Assembly (NCBI GenBank): GCA_035567955.1
Contig: DATMPD010000111.1
Location: 1-43,010 of the forward strand
DNA from: Edaphobacter sp.
Lineage (GTDB): Bacteria > Acidobacteriota > Terriglobia > Terriglobales > Acidobacteriaceae
Reading direction: 5' to 3'
Length of the DNA: 43,010 nucleotides
Shown here in pieces: positions 10,676 through 19,240 of this stretch (the stretch's first letter is position 1; each line of letters begins with the position of its first letter). The position numbers were made by a program, and so were the translations under genes. The notes under the pieces were generated by a model, which worked only from the letters and a program-made list of their open reading frames with translations, was not told the DNA's origin and made no database searches.

Positions 10676-11587
10676 ATGGAATTGGGAATCATTGGACTAG
10701 GCAAGATGGGCTTCAACATGGCGGAACGCCTGCGCCTGGCAGGACACAAGGTTGTCGGCTTCGACTTCAATAAAGACGCGACCGCAAAGCTGACGGCTGC
10801 CGGATCGTTGGGCGTCAACTCGCTTGTGGATCTGGTGAAGAATCTTCCCGCCCCTCGTGCCATCTGGATCATGGTTCCCTCAGGCGATCCCGTAGACCAG
10901 ACCATCGCGAGGCTCGAGCCGCTGATGGAGAAGGGGGACACCTTCATCGATGGAGGCAACTCCAACTACAAGGACACGCAGCGCCGTCACGCCGAGTTGA
11001 CGAACAGGGGTTTTCATTTTGTGGATTGTGGCACGTCGGGCGGCGTATGGGGCCTGAAAGAGGGGTACAGCCTCATGATCGGAGGCGACAAAGAGCCGAT
11101 CGAACGGCTCACGCCAATCTTCGAGACCCTGGCTCCAGCCAAGAATCAGGGATGGGGACGCGTAGGCCCTTCAGGCGCCGGCCACTTCGTCAAGATGGTG
11201 CACAACGGAATTGAATACGGTCTAATGCAGGCTTATGCAGAGGGCTTCTCGATCATGCATGCGAAGACACCCCTAAACCTCGATCTGCCGCAGATCTCAA
11301 GGATATGGCAGAAAGGTTCGGTAGTGCGTTCCTGGCTGCTGGACTTGACCGCGGATGCACTGTCCAAGAATCCTAAGCTGGACGGGCTGGAGGCATTCGT
11401 TCCCGACTCCGGCGAGGGCCGTTGGACAGTGACCGAGGCGATCGACCTGAACATCTCCGCGCCGGTGATTACCGAGTCGCTGATTCGCCGGCTGCGCTCG
11501 CGTGAGGAGAATAACTTTACCGACCGCATGATCTCGATTATGCGCGGCGCCTTCGGCGGCCACGACGTGAAGAAGTCCACCGATTAG
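10676..11587 (+). CDS. gnd: 6-phosphogluconate dehydrogenase, decarboxylating (short form)
   Basis: GLGKMG, DGGNS, SGGVWG, GHFVKMVHNGIEY, DSGEGRW, C-terminal FGGH. Confidence 0.95.
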   Translation: MELGIIGLGKMGFNMAERLRLAGHKVVGFDFNKDATAKLTAAGSLGVNSLVDLVKNLPAPRAIWIMVPSGDPVDQTIARLEPLMEKGDTFIDGGNSNYKDTQRRHAELTNRGFHFVDCGTSGGVWGLKEGYSLMIGGDKEPIERLTPIFETLAPAKNQGWGRVGPSGAGHFVKMVHNGIEYGLMQAYAEGFSIMHAKTPLNLDLPQISRIWQKGSVVRSWLLDLTADALSKNPKLDGLEAFVPDSGEGRWTVTEAIDLNISAPVITESLIRRLRSREENNFTDRMISIMRGAFGGHDVKKSTD

Positions 11588-11634
11588 TAACTATCAGCTA
11601 CAGCGAATTACCAACAGCACGAGAGGGTATCAAT

Positions 11635-13188
11635 ATGCCGACCACAGAAATCACCGCCGCACCCGCCTCTGCGCCCGCCACTGTGCAGCCCGAGCGCATA
11701 CCCGATCCATGTATCGTTGTGATCTTCGGAGCTTCGGGCGACCTGACCAAGCGCAAGCTTCTGCCGGCGCTCTATCACCTGGAGCAGTCCGGGCTGTTGC
11801 CCAGGAACTTCGCGGTTGTCGGCGTCGCGCGCCGACCGCTGAAGGAGACCTTCGCCCAGGACATGAAAGAGGGTATCGTCAGCGGCGGCGATGTCGACCG
11901 AGACGACCCCAAGCTCGGTGAGTTCGTCAGCCGCGTACATTATCACCAGATGAACTTCGATGACCCCACCGGCTATGACTCCCTTAAGGAGATGCTCGCA
12001 GAACTGGATAAAAATTACGGCACGATGGGGAATCGTCTCTTCTATCTTGCAACTGCGCCGGAGTACTTCTCGGACATCATCAAATATTTGGGCGATCATT
12101 GCATGGCCAGACCCAGGGACTGCGGCGATGGCAAGAACTGGGTTCGCATCATCATCGAGAAGCCGTTCGGCCACGACTTGGAGTCCGCCAAGGCGTTGAA
12201 CGACGAAGTCAATAAGGTGTTCGACGAAAATCAGATCTTCCGAATCGATCACTACCTCGGCAAAGAGACGGTGCAGAACATCCTGGTATTCCGTTTCGCC
12301 AACGGCATCTTCGAGAATGTGTGGAACCGCAACTACATCGATCACGTTGAGATCACGGCAGCGGAGAGCATCGGGATCGAAGGTCGTGGGCCGTTCTACG
12401 AGACCGCTGGCGCTCTGCGCGACGTCGTGCAGAACCACGTAATGGAACTCTTGAGCTTCGTAGCGATGGAGCCGCCGGTTTCCTTCGCAGCCGATGCGGT
12501 GCGTGCCGAAAAGGTGAAGGTATGGAAGGCCGTTCAGCCGATTCATCCGGCCGACACGGTGCGCGGACAGTATGGGCCTGGAACCGTCGATGGAAAGCCT
12601 GTCGTGGGATATCGGCAGGAGGAGCGCGTCCATCCGCGATCGCAGACCGAAACTTACGCTGCGTTGCGGCTGGAGATTGAGAACTGGCGCTGGGCGGGAG
12701 TTCCTTTCTACATTCGAGCAGGCAAGCGGTTGGCGAAACGCGTCACCGAGATCAGCATTCAGTTCAAGCTGCCTCCGCTGCTGCTCTTCAAAGACGCCCA
12801 GGGCAAGGGCGGCGAAGGCATCAAGCCGAACATACTCTCAATGCGGATCCAGCCGGACGAGGGGATTACGCTGCAGTTTGGAGCCAAGGTTCCAGGGCCG
12901 ACGATGACCATCAGCAAGGTGAACATGGACTTCAGCTACGCGGAGGCGTTTGGCAAGTCTTCAGCGAACGGGTATGAGCGGTTGCTGCTCGACGCCATGT
13001 TCGGAGACGCGACTCTGTTTGCCCACCGCGATGGCGTAGAGGCGACGTGGGCTTTGATGACGCCGATTCTGCACGCCTGGGCGAACGATCCGATTCGCGA
13101 TCTTCCCAACTATGCCGCAGGAACCTGGGGACCGGCGACGGCCGACGCTCTGATGAAGAGCGACGGACGCAAGTGGCGCAAACTTTAA
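11635..13188 (+). CDS. zwf: Glucose-6-phosphate 1-dehydrogenase
   Basis: GASGDLTKRKL, EKPFG, RIDHYLGKE motifs. Confidence 0.97.
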   Translation: MPTTEITAAPASAPATVQPERIPDPCIVVIFGASGDLTKRKLLPALYHLEQSGLLPRNFAVVGVARRPLKETFAQDMKEGIVSGGDVDRDDPKLGEFVSRVHYHQMNFDDPTGYDSLKEMLAELDKNYGTMGNRLFYLATAPEYFSDIIKYLGDHCMARPRDCGDGKNWVRIIIEKPFGHDLESAKALNDEVNKVFDENQIFRIDHYLGKETVQNILVFRFANGIFENVWNRNYIDHVEITAAESIGIEGRGPFYETAGALRDVVQNHVMELLSFVAMEPPVSFAADAVRAEKVKVWKAVQPIHPADTVRGQYGPGTVDGKPVVGYRQEERVHPRSQTETYAALRLEIENWRWAGVPFYIRAGKRLAKRVTEISIQFKLPPLLLFKDAQGKGGEGIKPNILSMRIQPDEGITLQFGAKVPGPTMTISKVNMDFSYAEAFGKSSANGYERLLLDAMFGDATLFAHRDGVEATWALMTPILHAWANDPIRDLPNYAAGTWGPATADALMKSDGRKWRKL

Positions 13189-13210
13189 TCTTGAACAGAT
13201 AGGACCCTCA

Positions 13211-14008
13211 ATGCCGCGGCCAGTCACCCTCACCTATCGTGTATTGCCAACCTCTGCGGCCACCGCGCAAGCAGCCGCGCAGGTCTTCTCGGATGTTGCG
13301 TTGAAGGCTGCTAAGGACCGCGGCGTTGCCCGTATCGCGATCTCGGGTGGCACGACTCCCAAGTCGATGTTTGCGCTGCTGGCCGATCCCGCGGAGCCGT
13401 TTCTAAAACAGGTGCCCTGGGATCGCATCGAGCTCTACTGGGTTGACGAGCGCTGCGTGCCGCCCGATCACCCAGAGTCGAACTACCGCATGACCAGGGA
13501 AGCGCTGCTCTCCAAAGTGCCGCTGCCTGCGGAACAAGTTCACCGGATGGAGGGTGAACTCGAGCCGGAAGTCGCGGCCGCACGCTATGAGTCGGTGATT
13601 CGCAATACCTTCAAGCTCGAGGGCGCCCAGACCCCTACCTTCGACCTCATTTTGCTTGGCATGGGAGACGATGGTCATACAGCGTCCTTGTTTCCTCACA
13701 CCGAAGCGCTGAACGAGATGAGTCACATCGTTGTGCCGAACCATGTTCCGCAGAAAGATGCATGGCGCATTACGCTGACCTGGCCGGTAATCAATCAGGG
13801 TAGAGAAGTGGCGTTCCTGATCGAGGGCGCGGAAAAGGCCCAGGTGCTGCATGACGTCTTCCTGGGCCCGTATCAGCCGGACACCTATCCTTCGCAGATC
13901 ATCCGTCCCGCGAGCGGACGGCTAACGCTCTTGCTCGATGCGGCCGCAGCCGCTAAGCTGCCAGCACCGGCGGATTCCGATTCTACCGGTACCCTGGAGC
14001 TTCGATGA
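13211..14008 (+). CDS. pgl: 6-phosphogluconolactonase
   Basis: SGGTTP, DERCVP, SNY, LGMGDDGHTASLFP, RITLT motifs; follows zwf. Confidence 0.95.
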   Translation: MPRPVTLTYRVLPTSAATAQAAAQVFSDVALKAAKDRGVARIAISGGTTPKSMFALLADPAEPFLKQVPWDRIELYWVDERCVPPDHPESNYRMTREALLSKVPLPAEQVHRMEGELEPEVAAARYESVIRNTFKLEGAQTPTFDLILLGMGDDGHTASLFPHTEALNEMSHIVVPNHVPQKDAWRITLTWPVINQGREVAFLIEGAEKAQVLHDVFLGPYQPDTYPSQIIRPASGRLTLLLDAAAAAKLPAPADSDSTGTLELR

Positions 14009-15039
14009 TCCTTGCTGGTGATGTAGGTGGCACCAAGGTCCACCTTGAACTGTACAACTTTGCCAATGGCCGGCTGCAGGCAGTGCGCGACCAGAAGTTT
14101 CCCGCACACGAGTTTGCCAGCCTCGATGATGTAGTGAACAAGTTCCTTGCCGCCGGTAGCGAAAAAAAGGATCAAATTGTCGCGTCCTGCTTCGGCTGTC
14201 CCGGCCCGGTTCGCGACGGACGACTGAAGTTGACGAACCTTCCCTGGACCCTGGACGAGCGCGATCTGGAGAAGTCGCTCGGGATCCCGCACATTTTTCT
14301 GATCAATGACCTGGAAGCAAATGGGTACGGTATCCCGGAGCTTGCACCGGAGAGCATCTTTACGCTGCACAATGGCGACCCGGATGCGAGCGGGCATGCC
14401 GGGTTGATCGCGGCAGGCACGGGGCTCGGTGAGGCGCTGCTGATCTGGGACGGCAATAAGCATCGGCCGATTCCGTCCGAGGGAGGTCATTGCGACTTCG
14501 CCGCCCGAAGCAAACGCGAGATCGCTCTGCTCGAATATCTGCGCGATACGCTCAACGGACGCGTGAGCTGGGAGCGCGTTGTCTCCGGTATCGGGATCAA
14601 GAACGTCTACACGTTTCTGCGCGACGTCGAAAAGATCAACGAGCCCGGATGGCTGCATGACCGCATGCAGACCGAGGATCCCAACGCGGTGATTGGTCAG
14701 TGCGCCGAAGACGGTTCCAGTTCCCTTTGTTTCGAAACGATGAAGCTCTTCTCCGGGGCCTATGGGGCGGAGGCGGGAAATATTGCGCTGAAGGTAATGG
14801 CCACAGGCGGGATGTATCTCGGCGGCGGAATCGCTCCTAAGATTCTCAAGACGCTGAAGAATGGCACGTTCCTTCAGGCCTTTCTCGACAAGGGACGATT
14901 GTCGCCGCTGCTGCAATCGATTCCTGTTCGCGTGATCCTCGATGACACCTGCGCGTTGCTCGGAGCGGCTGCCTACGCTGAGGCGAGGGCATCGGAGATC
15001 GAGGGCTATTCCGAACGCGCTGAGTCGATCCAGGGATGA
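14005..15039 (+). CDS. glk: Glucokinase
   Basis: GDVGGTK, LINDLEA, GTGLGE, SEGGH, GGGIAPK; ATGA overlap with pgl. Confidence 0.95.
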   Translation: MILAGDVGGTKVHLELYNFANGRLQAVRDQKFPAHEFASLDDVVNKFLAAGSEKKDQIVASCFGCPGPVRDGRLKLTNLPWTLDERDLEKSLGIPHIFLINDLEANGYGIPELAPESIFTLHNGDPDASGHAGLIAAGTGLGEALLIWDGNKHRPIPSEGGHCDFAARSKREIALLEYLRDTLNGRVSWERVVSGIGIKNVYTFLRDVEKINEPGWLHDRMQTEDPNAVIGQCAEDGSSSLCFETMKLFSGAYGAEAGNIALKVMATGGMYLGGGIAPKILKTLKNGTFLQAFLDKGRLSPLLQSIPVRVILDDTCALLGAAAYAEARASEIEGYSERAESIQG

Positions 15040-15081
15040 TCGTGCAAACGCTTCCGCTGCAAGCGACCAAAGGCCATCCCT

Positions 15082-15111
15082 TTGGAAGGCCCGGTTTGAA
15101 GCCGCTATACT
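15082..15111 (+). promoter_or_regulatory. Candidate sigma70 promoter for methyltransferase-aminopeptidase
   Basis: TTGGAA (15082-15087), 18-bp spacer, TATACT (15106-15111). Confidence 0.35.
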
Positions 15112-15125
15112 GATCGCGAGTTCAC

Positions 15126-15923
15126 TTGCCTTCGAAATCCATCCCGCCTCCTCCGATGCCGTCTGCCGACAATCCTGGTGTGTTGTCCTCCGGACGAGTG
15201 CCGCCGTCTGCCAAACTCGATCTGTCGCACCGCGCCGACCTCGTCGAGATGATGGATCAGCCGTGCAGCTACGAAGAACTGCGCGGGTGCCTGCATGACA
15301 TTGCGCGGGTCAACCGCCTTACCTTCGCCTATCGACCGACATTGTCGTGGATGGATGAGTTGATCGCGGCTCATCCGCCGTCAACGCAGCCATTGCAAGT
15401 GGTGGATGTGGGATGCGGCGATGGCGATATGCTGCGGCGTATCGATGCCTGGGCTGCGAAGCGGGGAGTTTCGGTCGCGTTGACCGGCATCGACCTGAAC
15501 CCGGACGCCATTCGCGCGGCGAGAGAGGCAACACCGCCTGCCCGGCGAATCCAATGGATCGTCGGCGACGCACTCTCAAACGCCGAAATGGGAGATATCG
15601 ACGTGGTGATCTGTTCGTTGCTGACACATCACCTGACCGATCCGCAGATTGTGCAATTTCTCCAATGGACGGAGCGCACAACTCGCCGCGGCTGGTTCGT
15701 CAACGATCTCCATCGCAAGGCGGTGCCATATCACCTCTTTCGCCTGTGGGCGCCGTTCACGACATGGCATCGGTTCGTCAAGAATGATGGGGCGGTCTCG
15801 ATCCGCCGCAGCTTCGTCGTGGAGGATTGGAAACGTCTGTGCGCGGCCGCCGGACTCGATGCGAAGGCCGTCTCAGTCAGCGAATATCGTCCTGCGCGTC
15901 TGTGTGTTGGGCGAATCAAATAG
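15126..15923 (+). CDS. Class I SAM-dependent methyltransferase
   Basis: VVDVGCGDG motif I, GIDLN, LLTHHL, NDLHR; start uncertain (TTG 15126 or ATG 15156). Confidence 0.85.
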   Translation: MPSKSIPPPPMPSADNPGVLSSGRVPPSAKLDLSHRADLVEMMDQPCSYEELRGCLHDIARVNRLTFAYRPTLSWMDELIAAHPPSTQPLQVVDVGCGDGDMLRRIDAWAAKRGVSVALTGIDLNPDAIRAAREATPPARRIQWIVGDALSNAEMGDIDVVICSLLTHHLTDPQIVQFLQWTERTTRRGWFVNDLHRKAVPYHLFRLWAPFTTWHRFVKNDGAVSIRRSFVVEDWKRLCAAAGLDAKAVSVSEYRPARLCVGRIK

Positions 15924-15988
15924 GCAACTCGTCACAAAGCATCGCTCGTGTTCCTGCGAGCTCACTATCATTAACCAGAGGCCCATTC

Positions 15989-18688
15989 ATGTCATTTCGC
16001 AGGACCGTCTTTGCTCTCTCAATCCTCCTCCTCATCGCAAACTTCTCGACCTGGGCTCAAAGGCTTCCTGCCGGCGTCCGTCCGGAGCACTACAAGCTCA
16101 CTCTGACTCCTGATCTTCACGCTGCCACCTTCAGCGGCGAGGAGACGATCGACGTGATCCTCGATGCACCGAGCAAAAAGATTACGCTGAACGCGGCTGA
16201 ACTGAAGTTCGTCTCAGTTCAGGAAACCCACTCAGAAGTCATCCGAGTGGTGACAAAGGGTGGGGGTCAGAGAGAGATTTCAGGAACGATTCCCGGGAAA
16301 CTGGTGAGACAGGATGGTTATGTTCTGCTCAGTGCGACGGACGAGCAAGCCACGTTTTTGTTTCCGAAGGAACTGCCGGCAGGCAAAGTTTCGTTGGCGA
16401 TCCATTACACCGGCGTCCTCAACGATAAACTCCGCGGGTTTTATCTTTCAAAGACAAAGACGCGCAATTACGCGGTGACGCAGTTCGAACCCACGGATGC
16501 GCGCCGCGCTTACCCAAGCTTCGATGAGCCTGCACTAAAGGCCACTTACGACGTCACCCTGGTCGTGGACACTGCCGACACAGCCATCTCCAACACGAAC
16601 ATTATCTCGGATAAGCCAGGCCCGCTCGCGGGAAAACACACACTGCAGTTTGCCACCACGCCGAAGATGTCCACGTATCTCGTTGCCTTTCTCGTTGGCG
16701 ACTTCAAGTGCACCGAAGGCAAGTCGGAAGGTGTGCCGATCCGCGCCTGCTCCACGCCTGACAAAGTGGAGCTGACCAAGTTCGCTCTAGAGTCGGCCAA
16801 GTATGTACTGCCCTATTACAACGCCTACTTTGGAATTAAATATCCGATGCCAAAGCTCGATATGGTGGCGCTGCCGGACTTTGAAGCAGGCGCGATGGAG
16901 AACTTCGGCTGCATCACGTACCGCGAGACCGATCTGTTGGTCGATATGAAGACAGGCAACATTCCGGAGAAGAAGCGCGTGGCGGTAGTGGTTGCGCATG
17001 AGATGGCCCACCAGTGGTTCGGCGATATGGTCACCATGCAGTGGTGGGACAACCTCTGGCTCAACGAGGGCTTCGCCACATGGATGGAGACCAAGCCGCT
17101 GGCGGAGTGGAAGCCGGAGTGGAACTACCCGCAGGATGACGCGCAGGATCTCGATCAAACCCTGAACCTCGATGCACAAAAGACGACACGCACGATCCGT
17201 GCAACGGCGAACACCCCGGATCAGATCAACGAGATGTTCGACGGCATCGCGTACGGCAAGGCGGGCGCGGTGATCGGCATGGTGGAGCACTACATCGGCA
17301 AGGAGGCCTTCCGGCAGGGCGTACATAACTACCTGCAGGCACACCTGTATGCGAATGCAACGGCCGAGGACTTCTGGAGCGCGCAGACCGCAAACTCGCA
17401 CCTGCCGGTCGATCAGATCATGTCGAGCTTTGTGACACAGCCCGGAGTCCCTCTGCTCACACTCTCCGAGCGGCAGGCGAGCGGCGTTCCGGTTGCGCAG
17501 GGCCGTTTCTTCCTGTCGTCCACCGCTTCCGCAAAACTCGCGGGGACTGACGGGCTAAATCAGCCAGACCCGCGCTGGACCGTCCCCGTGTGCCTCAAGA
17601 CAAACGACAAGCCGATCTGCCGCGTCCTGACCCCGGAGGACTCGAGCATTCCGCTACCGATGGATGTCGGCGTGCCCATGCTCTACGCCAATGCCGGCGG
17701 GAAGGGCTACTATCGGACCCTGTATACGCCGCAGCAATACAGCGCGATCGTGGCGAAGGCCGAGACTGCGCTGACGCCGCCCGAGAGGATCGGCCTGCTG
17801 GGAGACCGCTGGGCGCTGGTTCGCTCCGGGCAGGCATCTGTCGGCGGATACCTCGACCTGGTCCTCGCGCTGAAACAGGACCCGAACGCCGCCGTGCTGG
17901 ACCTAGCCCATCGCCAGCTTGAAAAAGTTGATTCGGACATCGCCACCGATAAAGATCGCGCAGAGTTTGCAGCAGTCGTGCGGCGTCAGTTCGGGCCGGT
18001 GTACGCCGCGCTGGGAAGTCCGATGAAGGGAGAGCCGTTCGACCGGCAGCAGCTTCGCGGCACGCTGTTCGAGATGCTCGGGGCGGCCCAGGATCCCGCA
18101 GTGCTTGCCCAGGCGCAGCAGTTGACCACGCGAGTCTTCGCCGTCGACAACAAGAAGGACAAGACGCTGGATGCGGCGCTCTCCGATTCTGCCGTGCTGG
18201 TGAGCGCGAGCAACGGAGATTCCGCACTCTACGACAAACTCCTCGCTGTCAGCAGAAACTCCGGCGACCCCGGCGAGAAGACGGATGCACTGCGCACGCT
18301 GGGGCGATTCCGTGATCCCGCTCTCGTGAAGCGCACGCTCGACTACCTCGTCTCGGGCGAAGTGAGAAACCAGGACACCTGGATCGTGCTGACCGCGCTG
18401 CTGCGGGACCGCGCGACACGAGACCAGACATGGGAGTACATGCAGCAGAACTGGGACAAGGTTCACGCGCAGTTAACAGTTTCATCAGGCGCAGAGGTAG
18501 TAAGAGCGACCGGAAACTTCTGCACCGTGCGGCAACGAGATGAGGTGATCGACTTTTTCTCGACGCATAAGATCGAGGCATCGGAACGCACGCTCGCCAA
18601 AGCCGTTGACAGCATCAACGACTGTATTCAACTGCGCTCAACCCAGGAGCCTGATTTCCATAGTTGGCTGGAGGGTCAGCCGAAGTAG
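15989..18688 (+). CDS. Secreted M1 family aminopeptidase (PepN/ERAP1-like)
   Basis: GAMEN, HEMAH-x18-E zinc motif; ATG 15989 gives a signal peptide (MSFRRTVFALSILLLIANFSTWA-Q); long ERAP1-like C-terminal domain. Confidence 0.93.
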   Translation: MSFRRTVFALSILLLIANFSTWAQRLPAGVRPEHYKLTLTPDLHAATFSGEETIDVILDAPSKKITLNAAELKFVSVQETHSEVIRVVTKGGGQREISGTIPGKLVRQDGYVLLSATDEQATFLFPKELPAGKVSLAIHYTGVLNDKLRGFYLSKTKTRNYAVTQFEPTDARRAYPSFDEPALKATYDVTLVVDTADTAISNTNIISDKPGPLAGKHTLQFATTPKMSTYLVAFLVGDFKCTEGKSEGVPIRACSTPDKVELTKFALESAKYVLPYYNAYFGIKYPMPKLDMVALPDFEAGAMENFGCITYRETDLLVDMKTGNIPEKKRVAVVVAHEMAHQWFGDMVTMQWWDNLWLNEGFATWMETKPLAEWKPEWNYPQDDAQDLDQTLNLDAQKTTRTIRATANTPDQINEMFDGIAYGKAGAVIGMVEHYIGKEAFRQGVHNYLQAHLYANATAEDFWSAQTANSHLPVDQIMSSFVTQPGVPLLTLSERQASGVPVAQGRFFLSSTASAKLAGTDGLNQPDPRWTVPVCLKTNDKPICRVLTPEDSSIPLPMDVGVPMLYANAGGKGYYRTLYTPQQYSAIVAKAETALTPPERIGLLGDRWALVRSGQASVGGYLDLVLALKQDPNAAVLDLAHRQLEKVDSDIATDKDRAEFAAVVRRQFGPVYAALGSPMKGEPFDRQQLRGTLFEMLGAAQDPAVLAQAQQLTTRVFAVDNKKDKTLDAALSDSAVLVSASNGDSALYDKLLAVSRNSGDPGEKTDALRTLGRFRDPALVKRTLDYLVSGEVRNQDTWIVLTALLRDRATRDQTWEYMQQNWDKVHAQLTVSSGAEVVRATGNFCTVRQRDEVIDFFSTHKIEASERTLAKAVDSINDCIQLRSTQEPDFHSWLEGQPK

Positions 18689-18924
18689 AATTTCCGGCCG
18701 TAACTTAGAGCGGATCAACACTTAGTGGAATGCCCTGGCTCCCGTCGGAGGCTGCGGCTCAAACCGCCCTCAACACCCTGCGCCATCCTCGAGCGGGCGA
18801 GGTATCGAGTCGGTGGAGGTATCACGGAAGGCACGCGAATAGAGCAAAGGGCCACTCTTCGGAAGACAGACAATTAAATCTCTATTGGTACACAAAAGTG
18901 TTATGCAGTGAGGGTCATTCTGCG

Positions 18925-18953
18925 TTGACTTTCAACTTTCGTGACGGTACCTT
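18925..18953 (+). promoter_or_regulatory. Sigma70-type promoter of the PExPT-CTERM/exosortase locus
   Basis: TTGACT (18925-18930), exactly 17 bp, TACCTT (18948-18953); followed by GAGGA SD (18961-18965) and ATG 18971. Confidence 0.6.
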
Positions 18954-18970
18954 CCCAATTGAGGACACAA

Positions 18971-19162
18971 ATGAAGAAAACTTTTGTAGTATTAGCCGGC
19001 ATCGCCCTCCTCTCTTCCGTCGCCCTCCCGCTGTATGGACAAGGCGGTTGCGTGAACTCCCCAGAAAATCCAACAGCCATTCTTGCTGTCGTCGGCTCCG
19101 TAGGTGCATTTTTCGTATCCGCTCGTACACGCATCAAAGCTCGTCGCAGTTCGTCCAAGTAG
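18971..19162 (+). CDS. 63-aa PExPT-CTERM-type exosortase micro-substrate
   Basis: MKK plus hydrophobic signal peptide, short linker QGGCVNS, PENPT motif, TM helix AILAVVGSVGAFFVSA, basic tail RTRIKARR; good SD; immediately upstream of an exosortase. Confidence 0.88.
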   Translation: MKKTFVVLAGIALLSSVALPLYGQGGCVNSPENPTAILAVVGSVGAFFVSARTRIKARRSSSK

Positions 19163-19240
19163 TTCATCATCCAAGTAGAAACTCCACCGAGGTTGACTAC
19201 CTAATTACTCCCCAGGTAAGTCACCTGAAGCCAAATTCTT

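Noticed and set aside
15827-15988. N-terminal extension of the aminopeptidase ORF
   Set aside because: Overlaps the methyltransferase gene; ATG 15989 gives a clean signal peptide.
18884-18905. Sigma54 promoter (TTGGTAC...) upstream of the exosortase locus
   Set aside because: No GC dinucleotide 10 bp after the GG; a well-spaced sigma70 promoter lies just downstream.
19040-19052. Lipoprotein lipobox in the 63-aa peptide (QGG-C)
   Set aside because: Gln at -3 does not fit [LVI][ASTVI][GAS]C, and the Cys lies beyond an SPI-like LPLYG-Q site. Not excluded experimentally.
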